Origin: a candidate division WOR-3 bacterium
GTDB lineage: Bacteria > Hydrothermota > Tepidihabitantia > B3-TA06
Assembly: GCA_965649265.1 (NCBI GenBank)
Contig: CBFGKC010000007.1
Span: 135,594 to 180,166 of the forward strand
Length of the DNA stretch: 44,573 bases
Direction: 5' to 3'
This document shows, one piece after another, positions 18,245 through 27,430 of this stretch. Numbering within the stretch: the stretch's first letter is position 1; every line of letters starts with the position of its first letter. A model generated the notes under the pieces. That model saw nothing but the letters and a program-made list of their open reading frames with translations, had not been told where the DNA came from and made no database searches. Position numbers and translations under genes: made by a program.

Positions 18245-18306
18245 ATGATAGTCTTTAAGAGGATTTTGTCAAGGCCGTTTGACACCCCCGGGCAGGTCGG
18301 TATAAT
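18245..18306. promoter_or_regulatory. Back-to-back divergent promoters: TTGACA-16-TATCAT (-) and TTGACA-16-TATAAT (+)
   Basis: Minus strand 18245-18272; plus strand 18279-18306. Confidence 0.8.
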
Positions 18307-18340
18307 TTCTTGAAAGATTTAACCCCTCGAAGGAGGATTG

Positions 18341-18925
18341 ATGGACGAAAAGTATTCGAACCCCGCGCCCCTCGGGCTCATGGGATTCGGAATGACCACG
18401 GTTCTTTTGAACATCCACAACGCAGGTTTCTTCCCGATAAACGTAGTGATACTCGCGATGGGTATTTTTTACGGCGGCATAGCCCAGATAATCGCCGGCA
18501 TCATGGAATTCCGCAAGGCCAACACCTTCGGCACCACCGCTTTCACCTCGTACGGGCTCTTCTGGCTCACGCTCGTGTTCATTTTGATTGCCCCGCTCCT
18601 GGGCTTCGGCGAGGCGTGGGCGGCACACTCGGCGTTCATGGGCTGGTATCTTTTCTTCTGGGGATTCTTCACCTTCTGCATGATGTTTGCTACCCTCAAG
18701 AAGAACGTGGCACTGTTCTTCGTATTCCTGAGTTTGACGATACTCTTCTGGCTACTGGCAATCGGCCACTGGGTTCCGGGCGACACCGGCAAGCTTTTCA
18801 TAAGGATAGCGGGCTGGGAGGGCATCGTCTGCGGTCTTTCGGCCATATACCTTGCGATGGCCGAGGTCATAAACGAAAACCTGGGCAGGACGGTGCTGCC
18901 CATCTGTCCGTTCGTCAAGAAATAG
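18341..18925 (+). CDS. satP: Acetate/succinate uptake channel, GPR1/FUN34/YaaH family
   Basis: Signature NPAPLGLMGFGMTT, YGG.AQ..AG, SYG.FW. RBS AAGGAGG. Confidence 0.93.
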   Translation: MDEKYSNPAPLGLMGFGMTTVLLNIHNAGFFPINVVILAMGIFYGGIAQIIAGIMEFRKANTFGTTAFTSYGLFWLTLVFILIAPLLGFGEAWAAHSAFMGWYLFFWGFFTFCMMFATLKKNVALFFVFLSLTILFWLLAIGHWVPGDTGKLFIRIAGWEGIVCGLSAIYLAMAEVINENLGRTVLPICPFVKK

Positions 18926-18935
18926 GACATTTTTG

Positions 18936-18973
18936 AACAGAAGATGCAAACTGCATGGTTTGCATCTTCTGTT
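18936..18973. terminator. 16-bp perfect inverted repeat after satP (probable terminator)
   Basis: AACAGAAGATGCAAAC...GTTTGCATCTTCTGTT. Confidence 0.65.
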
Positions 18974-19132
18974 GCCTCCTCCCTCCCCTGTGGCTTATGA
19001 AGTGCCGGAAAGGCACTTTTCAGATCGATGCTGGTCAACGATTCTGTTGGATCTGCGATGAAAGCAAAATGGTGTCTGCTATGGATGGATGTTCCGTGAC
19101 CCGGTGTGTTTCGAGAGATTGTTCCGAGAGTG

Positions 19133-19202
19133 TGTTGTGTTACGGGTGTTGTGTTACGGGTGTTGTGTTACGGGTGGTGTGTTACGGGTGGTGTGTTACG
19201 GG
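19133..19202. repeat. Tandem array of 5 x GTGTTACGGG with 14-bp period
   Basis: Cores at 19137, 19151, 19165, 19179 and 19193. Confidence 0.95.
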
Positions 19203-19281
19203 GGGGGCCGACAAAATTGTTCCGCAATTTTGTTGGAGTATATTGTTTGACTGCCGCTAGCTTCATTATATAATGCCCTTC

Positions 19282-20067
19282 ATGCAGGAGAATAAAGAGG
19301 ACACAGCTCGAAGCCATACGTTCAAGTCGATTCTCGTCGAATACAGGGCCGTCATCTTCAACGCGATTTTCCTGATCTACATTCTTTTATTACAGAAACC
19401 GCTGCTCGGAATAATAAAGGCCTCGGATTTCAAAAAACCTTATCCCCTCCTGGGAGCGATCCTCGTTGCGGTCGTGATAGCGGAGTTCATCGGACTTCAT
19501 CTAAAGATTCCCATGATATTGAGCAGGGCCAGGGTATCGAAGAGTGGTGAAATCAGGGGCGGGTGCATCATGTTCCTCATCTGGATCTTTCGCATGGTCA
19601 TCAACATGTTCATATTGATCCTGGGGATCGGGGCACTCGGCTTCGGACCTGATGCGGGTAAAGGACAAACGCTCTTCATAATTCTGATGTTCGTGTCGGT
19701 GATCAAGGATCTCTATGCGATGTTCTACGCTTTCGGGATAGCAAAACGGGGCGGCACCGATATCGGCGAATTCGTGGGCGACTTGCTGATCCTTCTCTGG
19801 GGAATGGTATCTTACACCGCGACATGGGTGTACATGTCAAGCGGGATGGACTTCTTCGACGTAAGAGGTATCGGAGCAATAGCGCTTGAGTTGTTTGCCG
19901 CCCTCCTGATCTTTTTCATCTTTTTCCTTCCCATACAGTCCGTGTACATGTTCGAGGAGGCGGCGCTTCCCAAAAACCGCAGGCGGTCGTTATTCTTCTG
20001 GCTCGGCTTCGCGGCGAACGTGGCAGGTGCAATGCTCATGCTTCTCTATTCCAGCAACAAGTGGTAG
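19282..20067 (+). CDS. Polytopic membrane protein of unknown function
   Basis: About 7 hydrophobic segments. The promoter TTGACT-16-TATAAT (19247-19274) overlaps ATG 19273, so ATG 19282 is preferred. Confidence 0.75.
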   Translation: MQENKEDTARSHTFKSILVEYRAVIFNAIFLIYILLLQKPLLGIIKASDFKKPYPLLGAILVAVVIAEFIGLHLKIPMILSRARVSKSGEIRGGCIMFLIWIFRMVINMFILILGIGALGFGPDAGKGQTLFIILMFVSVIKDLYAMFYAFGIAKRGGTDIGEFVGDLLILLWGMVSYTATWVYMSSGMDFFDVRGIGAIALELFAALLIFFIFFLPIQSVYMFEEAALPKNRRRSLFFWLGFAANVAGAMLMLLYSSNKW

Positions 20068-20180
20068 CAAAGTCGGTAAAAAAGGGGTTGTCCGAGAACG
20101 GAATTTTCAAGGTTTTTTAGTTCCAGAAATTGACCAGGCTGCGTGAATTTTGCCTTTTCTTGAACAATCGGGTGTCCACC

Positions 20181-20208
20181 TTGACAAACAATTGCGTTGG
20201 TGTATATT
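20181..20208 (+). promoter_or_regulatory. sigma70-like promoter TTGACA-16-TATATT
   Basis: Upstream of the giant activator gene. Confidence 0.7.
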
Positions 20209-20389
20209 GATTTTAATCAATAACTTCTGAAGGAGTGATGAATGGAAATGCTATCAAGGAGTCTTTTTGTATAAAGTAATTGATATGGGGAATTTTTATT
20301 CGTCAGGAATTGTGCAGTCGAACGGTTGAGACAATGACTTTTTTTGCACCTCGTTTTGATCGGGGAAAAAACGCCGACATTGAGCGACC

Positions 20390-23300
20390 ATGAATACTGA
20401 CTTTCTGCCGGCCGGATTCACCGAGACGGCTTTCCTTGGTGAGGGTTCAATGAACAAGGTTCTGGCCGTCAGGCGCGAAACGGACGGGAGTGATTTCGCA
20501 TTGAAGATATCGAAGGGAACTGATCCTGCGCGGCGGCTCGAGCGGGAGTTTGCGATACTCGAACGTGTCGAAGTAGACGGTGTAGTAAAGGTTTATGAAT
20601 TCGGCGAACACGACGGTTCAATTTTCTTCATCATGGAACTCGTTCGCGGAGTTCCATTTACTGAATTCATGTCAAGGCGGCGGGCAAACCCCGATTTCGT
20701 GGACGTTTTCTTTGCGGTTTTCCAGCGAGCGGCCTCTATTCTTTCAAAACTTCACAAACAGGGCATCGTCCACGTGGACCTTAAACCGGCGAATCTGCTC
20801 GTAAAGGATGACGGCAAGCCGGTACTCCTTGATTTCGGTTTCGCTGAGGATTTCATGTTAAGCCCAACCTCCGAGCCGTCGGGCACGACTCTTGATTACG
20901 CAGCTCCTGAGCTGTTCACCGGCGGCTACGCTTCGCCTGCCGCCGATATTTATTCCCTCGGGGCCATTGGATATGAAACGTTGAGGCAAAGCAGTCTGTG
21001 GGGCGAGAAATCGCCCCGGGAGCTGATCAGGGCAAAACTAAAGACCCCCCCGGGTCTGGGAACGCTGGAGTTCGACTTGCCGCCAGGCCTGGAGGATATG
21101 CTGATTCGAATGCTTTCGCCGGAGCCCTCGCTGCGCCCTTCCGCCGAAGAAATCATACTCGAAATAGACTGGCTTCTTAATGGGGTGGAATCTTACGCCT
21201 CCGGTGATTTCGAAATTCCTTTGCCCAGATTGATTTTCGGCGGCCGCGACGAAGAGATTGCCGAGTTGGAACGTCTTCTCTTCAAAGAAAATCGCGTCGT
21301 GCATTTGTCGGGCGAATCGGGCACAGGCAAGACAAGAATCTTAAGGGAGCTTCGTTTTCGCTCGCTCTTAAACGACCGCAGCGCACTTCTTCTTGAAGGA
21401 AGGGGCGCCCATCTTTCACTCGTCGATCACATATCTGCATCTCTGGGCATCAAGCACGAGGAGAATCAGGACAAGTGGCAGCGATTTGAGCGGGTATACC
21501 GGGGTATATGCGAGTTCGGCTTTAAAGCGATCCTTTTGGACTCGCCATTGGCGTTATCGTCTGACGAAAAGGAGTTCCTTGGTTATCTTGCCCGCGGGTT
21601 TGACTCTAAAATCGGCATGCTCCTCTCCCAGACCCCGACGGATGTGTATCCCGGTGCGGCAAGGGTTGAACTCGGGAAGCTGGACAAGAAAAAGGTCGAA
21701 GCGCTAATAAAGAGAACGTTCGAAGGACTGAAGGATTACGAGAAGCTTGCAGAAGACCTGGTTTCGACTGCCGGGGGGACCCCGCGCAGGATGAACGAGC
21801 TGCTGGAAATACTTCACGAAGAGGGATGGCTGGCGTGGCGCAGGGGGTGGCTGTACGAACCAGGGAAAGAAGATAAAACGCTCGCAGAAAGGCTTGAAGC
21901 CTGGCTGTATGAAACGCTCTCGCGTCTTGACGAAAACGCAAAACTGGTTCTGAATCTCTTGTCTACGGTCGATTCCGGTCTTTCAGCGGATGTTCTCACA
22001 AAAATCATGGGCGATTCCGCGGCACTGGAACTGAAGGAACTAATGACAAAAGGTCTCATCCGATCGTTTCTTTACCTCGGTATACCACACTATGAATTCG
22101 GAAACGATATCATCAAGCCATATCTTCTGACCCATCTCAGCGAAGAAGAAAAAAAGAAGCTTGCCCTCGTTATGGCCGAAGCACTTGAGGAATTTGCGAT
22201 TCAGATATGGGGTGAAGACCTGGAAGAATGGAGTATTACTTATGTAATACAAACGGGTCTTCTTTTTACTAACGGTGGAGGCGACCGAAGGGCAATTCGC
22301 TATATGATTTCTGCAGGAAAGAAGCTGGTTTTACTGGGAGATCCCGAAAAGGCTTATGAAATCCTGATGCTGGCGCTGAATCTTAAACTAACAACAGAGG
22401 AAAAACTTAAGATATACTACCAATTAGGAGACATTGCCACCAATAATCACAACCCCATACAGGCAGAGGGATTCTTTCTTAAAGCCCTCTCCTTTTCGGA
22501 GAACACACCTGAGGAGAAGACAAAAGCCTTGTTACGTATATCTTTTGCATACTTGTGCGTGGTCGATATCGAAAGAATGGCCGTATTTCTTAAGGAAAGC
22601 GAAATGCATTCCTCTCAAATATCGTCTACACTCAAGGGAAGGCAACTACACTATAACGGCTGGCTGCTTCTCCTGAGGGGGCAGACAGAAGAAGCAAAAC
22701 CTTTGTTTGTTGAAGCTGAAAAGCTCTTAGTCTCCCCTGCCGAAAAACGCAGTGCTTTTTTTGGACTTGCTTCAATATCCATCCGACTAGGAAGGATGTC
22801 GGAAGCGCTGATTTATATGAAGAAAGCTATAGAGAAAAGCAGGGAAGAGGGAAAGATCAGCTCTGTGTGCGTTTACACAGCCGGACTTTCTACCATATTC
22901 TATGGAACAGGTTCTTTCGACGAGGTCGAAAAATGTATAGAAGAATCCCTTCTGATGGTCGAGGGGATAAAATCGCCCCGAGAGACTTCAGAAGTGCTTT
23001 TGTATAAAGTTGTTTTTCTTCATTATTCGGGACAGTACCGGGAGGGTCTGAACCTTATCAGAAAAGCAATGAGAATCTCGGAAAAGATCGGCGATAAACA
23101 CAGGCTGACTACCCTTCGATGGAGGGAGGCTCAGTTCCTTGAGTCTCTTGGCGACTGGAAGGCGTCAGAGAAAGCTTACTCAATGCTCTGGAAGGATTTG
23201 CACAAAACGAAAAATCCTCCCGTCAATTATTTCTTGAAGGACTGGTCAATACTCTGCAGGGAAAAAGGTAAATTCCTTGCCTCCGAGAGGCTGCTTGAAA

Positions 23301-25465
23301 AAGCGGAGCAGTTGGACGAATCCAGAAGTGTGGATCTGGAAATCCAACTGGAAAGAGGCAGAGCCGCGCTCGCTTCAGGTAATCTGAAAAAGGCAAGGGC
23401 TGCTTATAATAAGTTGGTTTTCATGTTCAAGACCCACGAACATGTTCTTTTCGAAAATTACGCGAGCTTATTGGAAGGTGAAATCCTTTTCTCTGAAGGC
23501 AACTTTGAATCGGCGCTGGAGAGACTTGAAACGCTCACTTCCCGCATAAAAACGATAAAGATCCTGGGGGATTTGCAGTATAACACATTCATCGCTCTGG
23601 GCAAAACGCTTGTTGCGCTAAAGAAGTTCGACGAAGGATTATTTTGGTTGCGCGAGAGTTTGAATTTATCGATAATCCAAGAAGCACCGTTCAAGAAAGG
23701 AATTGCGCTTTTCGAAATAGCCAAAGCTGTCCAGAAAGATAAGGGATTCACGGAAAATGTCTTTACTCTTCTTGAAGAAGCGGAGACAATCTTCACTAGA
23801 CTGCAATTAAATCATCTATTGAGAGAAATAAAGGAGATGCTTACTGTGCATAACAACCAGACCAGGCAGGAAAAAGAAAAGGATGATCAGTATCTTGCTG
23901 GTTTGACACAAGTTAGTCAGTTAATCAAAGATCTGAAAAGCAAGCATCTTGAAATGAAAGATTTCCGATCTGGTCTTCCAGTCAGATACCTTGACGGATT
24001 GAAGAAACTTAGTGAACTCATCAACTACAGGCTCGGTCAGGAAAACTTCATGGGCGATCTGCTGGAGATAGTTCTTGAGCTTACGAGCGCAACGCGCGGG
24101 GTTGTATTCATTACAGGTGGAGGCAAACTGCATCCCGTTGCTTCGAAATTGATTGATGAGGCAACTTCGCAGGAGGCTCAACGCATATCGGAAACCGTCT
24201 CAAACGAGCTTGAAAGAGAAAGGGTTCCTATTTACTCGCCCGACGCAACCAGGGACGCGCGCTTCGATCGTGCGCAAAGCATACTTCTAAACGAGATACG
24301 CTCGCTTCTCTGCATTCCTCTGCGAACAAAGGAAAGTCTGGTCGGAACCATCTACGTTGACAGCCCCGAACCCGGACTTTTTGACGAAAATAATACGCTG
24401 TACTTTGAGGCGGTGGGCAACATACTTGCGGCTACCATCGAGCGGTCTTTGGAATTCAAGAGACTCGGTGAGGATCTCGCTCTTCTGCGCGCCAGGCATG
24501 TCTTTAATAAATCCGGGATCGTCATAGGAAGCTCGCCGGCGGCACTGAGAATCAGCGAAAGAATAGAAAGAATCGCACTTTCAAACACCAATATCCTTCT
24601 TGAAGGAGAAACCGGTTCCGGAAAGGGGGTGTTCGCCCGGCTTATTCACGACCTGAGCGAAAGAAAGGGTCGTGAATTCTGTTCAATCAACTGCGGCGTG
24701 CTCCCAGAGAGTATTATGGAATCGGAGCTTTTCGGTTCCAAAAAAGGCGCCTTTACCGGGGCCACCCAGGACAGAACCGGACTCCTTGAAGCGGCAGACC
24801 GCTCTACCGTCTTTTTCGACGAAATTACGAACACTTCTCCGGCAATGCAAGCCAAACTGCTCGAAGTTATTGAAGAACGAGTCATACGCCGCGTGGGCGA
24901 TTCCAAGAACAAAAAGGTGGATTTGAGGTTTATCTTTGCAACAAACCGTGATCTTGAAAGTGAAGTGCATGCCGGTCGCTTCAGGGAGGATCTTTTTTTC
25001 CGGATATCCACAATGACCATCCGAATCCCCCCGTTGAGGGAACGCAAAGAGGACATTCCTGAATACGTGGATTTCTTCCTTAAGAAATTCTCCTCGGAGT
25101 TCAACAAGGAGATAAAAACTATTGACGACGATTCTCTGGGGCTCCTGACAGGGTATTCATGGCCCGGCAATGTACGCGAACTCAGGAACGTAATCGAGCG
25201 CTCGGTGCTCCTGGCGGCAGGCGACCGCATATCGACGGATGATCTTAAGCAGCATCTCCCCGCCTCCCCCAGAGAAAACAGATGGATTTCTGCGAACACC
25301 ACAACAGCGGCGGTGGATTTGGATATGGAGAAGGCAACCCGCAGACTCGAAAAGAGCTTAATCGAGGAAGCCCTGGCTCGTTACAAGACCATCGAGAAAG
25401 CCGCTGCCGCGCTCGGCATTAGCACACGTTCACTATGGCGAAAAAAGAAGGAACTTAAGGGATGA
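20390..25465 (+). CDS. Ser/Thr kinase - P-loop NTPase - TPR - GAF - sigma54 AAA+ activator - Fis HTH fusion
   Basis: Kinase LGEGS/ALK/HVDLKPAN/DFG/APE; Walker A GESGTGKT; TPR-like helices; GAF 'SLLCIPLR...GTIYVD'; GETGSGK, ESELFG, GAFTGA, WPGNVREL; HTH 'KAAAALGISTRSLWRK'. Confidence 0.93.
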   Translation: MNTDFLPAGFTETAFLGEGSMNKVLAVRRETDGSDFALKISKGTDPARRLEREFAILERVEVDGVVKVYEFGEHDGSIFFIMELVRGVPFTEFMSRRRANPDFVDVFFAVFQRAASILSKLHKQGIVHVDLKPANLLVKDDGKPVLLDFGFAEDFMLSPTSEPSGTTLDYAAPELFTGGYASPAADIYSLGAIGYETLRQSSLWGEKSPRELIRAKLKTPPGLGTLEFDLPPGLEDMLIRMLSPEPSLRPSAEEIILEIDWLLNGVESYASGDFEIPLPRLIFGGRDEEIAELERLLFKENRVVHLSGESGTGKTRILRELRFRSLLNDRSALLLEGRGAHLSLVDHISASLGIKHEENQDKWQRFERVYRGICEFGFKAILLDSPLALSSDEKEFLGYLARGFDSKIGMLLSQTPTDVYPGAARVELGKLDKKKVEALIKRTFEGLKDYEKLAEDLVSTAGGTPRRMNELLEILHEEGWLAWRRGWLYEPGKEDKTLAERLEAWLYETLSRLDENAKLVLNLLSTVDSGLSADVLTKIMGDSAALELKELMTKGLIRSFLYLGIPHYEFGNDIIKPYLLTHLSEEEKKKLALVMAEALEEFAIQIWGEDLEEWSITYVIQTGLLFTNGGGDRRAIRYMISAGKKLVLLGDPEKAYEILMLALNLKLTTEEKLKIYYQLGDIATNNHNPIQAEGFFLKALSFSENTPEEKTKALLRISFAYLCVVDIERMAVFLKESEMHSSQISSTLKGRQLHYNGWLLLLRGQTEEAKPLFVEAEKLLVSPAEKRSAFFGLASISIRLGRMSEALIYMKKAIEKSREEGKISSVCVYTAGLSTIFYGTGSFDEVEKCIEESLLMVEGIKSPRETSEVLLYKVVFLHYSGQYREGLNLIRKAMRISEKIGDKHRLTTLRWREAQFLESLGDWKASEKAYSMLWKDLHKTKNPPVNYFLKDWSILCREKGKFLASERLLEKAEQLDESRSVDLEIQLERGRAALASGNLKKARAAYNKLVFMFKTHEHVLFENYASLLEGEILFSEGNFESALERLETLTSRIKTIKILGDLQYNTFIALGKTLVALKKFDEGLFWLRESLNLSIIQEAPFKKGIALFEIAKAVQKDKGFTENVFTLLEEAETIFTRLQLNHLLREIKEMLTVHNNQTRQEKEKDDQYLAGLTQVSQLIKDLKSKHLEMKDFRSGLPVRYLDGLKKLSELINYRLGQENFMGDLLEIVLELTSATRGVVFITGGGKLHPVASKLIDEATSQEAQRISETVSNELERERVPIYSPDATRDARFDRAQSILLNEIRSLLCIPLRTKESLVGTIYVDSPEPGLFDENNTLYFEAVGNILAATIERSLEFKRLGEDLALLRARHVFNKSGIVIGSSPAALRISERIERIALSNTNILLEGETGSGKGVFARLIHDLSERKGREFCSINCGVLPESIMESELFGSKKGAFTGATQDRTGLLEAADRSTVFFDEITNTSPAMQAKLLEVIEERVIRRVGDSKNKKVDLRFIFATNRDLESEVHAGRFREDLFFRISTMTIRIPPLRERKEDIPEYVDFFLKKFSSEFNKEIKTIDDDSLGLLTGYSWPGNVRELRNVIERSVLLAAGDRISTDDLKQHLPASPRENRWISANTTTAAVDLDMEKATRRLEKSLIEEALARYKTIEKAAAALGISTRSLWRKKKELKG

Positions 25466-25658
25466 CACAAATTTGAGACAATTCCTCTCAACATAAAAAT
25501 ATAACTTTATGTGATTTATATTAAATCTGCCACAATTATCATATAAATTATGCCAAGATGTCACATTTTTCCATTTATTGAAATCATAACGAATTCCTCG
25601 TAGAACTTTAAATTACATACAGACGTAGTTTGAGACAAAGAGTTGCTTCACTGACAAT

Positions 25659-25674
25659 TGGCATCAATATTGCT
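25659..25674 (+). promoter_or_regulatory. sigma54 promoter TGGCATC-N4-TTGCT
   Basis: GG 25660-61 and GC 25672-73 give exact -24/-12 spacing; downstream of the sigma54 activator. Confidence 0.8.
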
Positions 25675-25777
25675 CCTAAAAAAGTGTGTTTTTTGCTGAT
25701 GAGTAGGTTGCAAGGATAGTGGTGTTTCACGAGTAAAGAGGGTCAAAAAAAAATTAATCTCTGAAAAGGAGAAAACC

Positions 25778-26314
25778 ATGTTCAAAAAACTCGCACTCAC
25801 ATTCATGGCCCTGGCCATTATCGGCCTTGTCTCAGGCGGCTCAATGCTTCTAGCAGAAGATAATCCCATCTATGAACTGTGGGAGGGCTCATCAGGCTAC
25901 ATAATCGTGCCTCTGAATTATCTGGAGACCGTCTTTGATACCTACACCGTTACCGACTGGCACATAGGAAACCTCATGCCTCATGTTCAACCTCCAAACC
26001 CAACAGGTGTATCTTCAGGCTATTATTCTATCTACGAAAGCGCAACCTATTTCTATACCGACGGTGATCTTTCAGGTTCATTCGCAGGCATTATCCATAC
26101 CGAGAATTCACCAAACGCCTACTGGTACTACGGAGAAGGCACCTGGACATCCAACCTCGGCTACTACGGCACTTGGACAGGCGCCTTCGACGGCGGCAGC
26201 GTGGGAGATGATTGCACCATCACCTTGAAACGCTACTCTCCTGGATACGGCACATTAATCACTTGCGGCCAGATTACCGGTGAATGTAAATCTGTAGACA
26301 GCAGAGAGCCCTGA
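25778..26314 (+). CDS. Secreted hypothetical protein, Gly/Tyr/Thr/Trp-rich beta-structured
   Basis: Signal peptide; 'GEGTW...GTWTG' motifs; two C-terminal Cys plus one more. RBS AAGGAG. Confidence 0.85.
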   Translation: MFKKLALTFMALAIIGLVSGGSMLLAEDNPIYELWEGSSGYIIVPLNYLETVFDTYTVTDWHIGNLMPHVQPPNPTGVSSGYYSIYESATYFYTDGDLSGSFAGIIHTENSPNAYWYYGEGTWTSNLGYYGTWTGAFDGGSVGDDCTITLKRYSPGYGTLITCGQITGECKSVDSREP

Positions 26315-26337
26315 GCTTGAGTGAATTCACTATTTCA

Positions 26338-26369
26338 AAGGGCGGGCAATGCCCGCCCTTGTTTTGTTT
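26338..26369 (+). terminator. Intrinsic terminator
   Basis: AAGGGCGGGCA-TGCCCGCCCTT followed by a T-rich tail. Confidence 0.85.
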
Positions 26370-26542
26370 CACCTTGGAATATAACCCGAGCTTACATCTC
26401 CAGCCCATCGCGACTGCCAATATTGTCACACGCACCTGCCAAAATTGGCAGTTGCGACAGTTGTTGAGATGGTTTCCCGTTTTTGTTTAAATATAACTAC
26501 CTAGAATATTGCGACTTATGGATTTAATCGCCACCTCTGACC

Positions 26543-26558
26543 TGGCACGAGAATTGCT
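26543..26558 (+). promoter_or_regulatory. sigma54 promoter TGGCACG-N4-TTGCT (perfect consensus)
   Basis: GG 26544-45 and GC 26556-57. Upstream palindromes TGCCAATATTGTCA (26415) and TGCCAAAATTGGCA (26437). Confidence 0.85.
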
Positions 26559-26569
26559 CCTTATTAAGT

Positions 26570-26829
26570 CGAGCGGTTGAAGAGAAGAGCAAATCCGGCA
26601 GTGCCGGAGATTTAAAGTTGGGTTGGGAGTCCGTAAGAAGAGGAGGAAGGATGGGAAGATGAGGAGGACGAGGAAGGCCGGGGTAAGTGAGGTTTGGGAG
26701 GTGTGTGGGAGGTAAAAGAAAATGGGAAGGAGGGTAAGGAAGTGTACTTTCGTTACAATCACAGGGAGGAGCTTTGAGGGAGGTACCATGAGAGGACAGA
26801 TCAAAAGCAGTAAGCTTCTTCCCATTTAA
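26570..26829 (+). other. GGA-rich putative sigma54 transcript (sRNA or two small ORFs, 26659-26715 and 26722-26829)
   Basis: 18 GGA trinucleotides in 26606-26796; no long plus-strand ORF. Confidence 0.45.
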
Positions 26830-26856
26830 AAATTAAGATACTCATTAGAGATGGGG

Positions 26857-26953
26857 CTGAGGGCGAGCGCCGGAGGCGCTGGGCGCAAGCTCCACTTCCG
26901 CCATTCCACTTTTACATATCAAAGGAGGAGCGCCGGAGGCGCATTGGTCGAAC
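26857..26953 (+). repeat. ~100-bp imperfect inverted repeat, left of umuDC
   Basis: GGGCGAGCGCCGGAGGCGC (26861-79) and ATCAAAGGAGGAGCG..CGCATTGG (26918-47) are mirrored at 29292-29388. Confidence 0.8.
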
Positions 26954-27018
26954 CAGCGCCCAAGGCGTTTGCGTTCGACGAACGATCCTTTTTTGAAGAT
27001 GCGGCTCCTTGACAAATT

Positions 27019-27103
27019 CTGAGGAGGGCTGGTGTGTTACGGGTGGTGTGTTACGGACGGTGTGTTACGGGAGGAGGGCGGAGGAGGGCTGAGGAGGGCT
27101 GAG
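27019..27103. repeat. Mixed array of CTGAGGAGGG and GTGTTACGG units
   Basis: GTGTTACGG at 27034, 27048 and 27062 (14-bp period), flanked by four GAGGAGGG units. Confidence 0.9.
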
Positions 27104-27430
27104 CGGGAAGGAGCAGTCACTTCCCGCTCTTTATTAGGAGGAGTAGGCTCTTACCCCAAGCAGGGGGAGGAACACGGCTAAAGGCTGCGTACCCACCGCA
27201 CAATATCGGCAACTTTCATCTCGCTCCGGATTTACCGCCCGGCCGTTAAGGACGATCCGGCACCGATAGTGGCCGTTCGTCGTTGACCCCGCCCGTTCTC
27301 CGCATTTACTGCCGCCGCTCATAAACGCTTAACGGCACGGGTCCGGGATTCCATGTTTTCTGTCGACGGGCACGATGCCGGGCTGACCATGTATTTTTAA
27401 CGCTCATGCCCCCTATCGCATACCCCCGAC

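Noticed and set aside
18955-19260. Cys-rich 101-aa ORF
   Set aside because: The CYG repeats come from the GTGTTACGGG array, and there is no RBS.
26487-26825. Hydrophobic minus-strand 112-aa ORF
   Set aside because: It is the antisense shadow of the purine-rich tract; the promoter evidence points to the plus strand.
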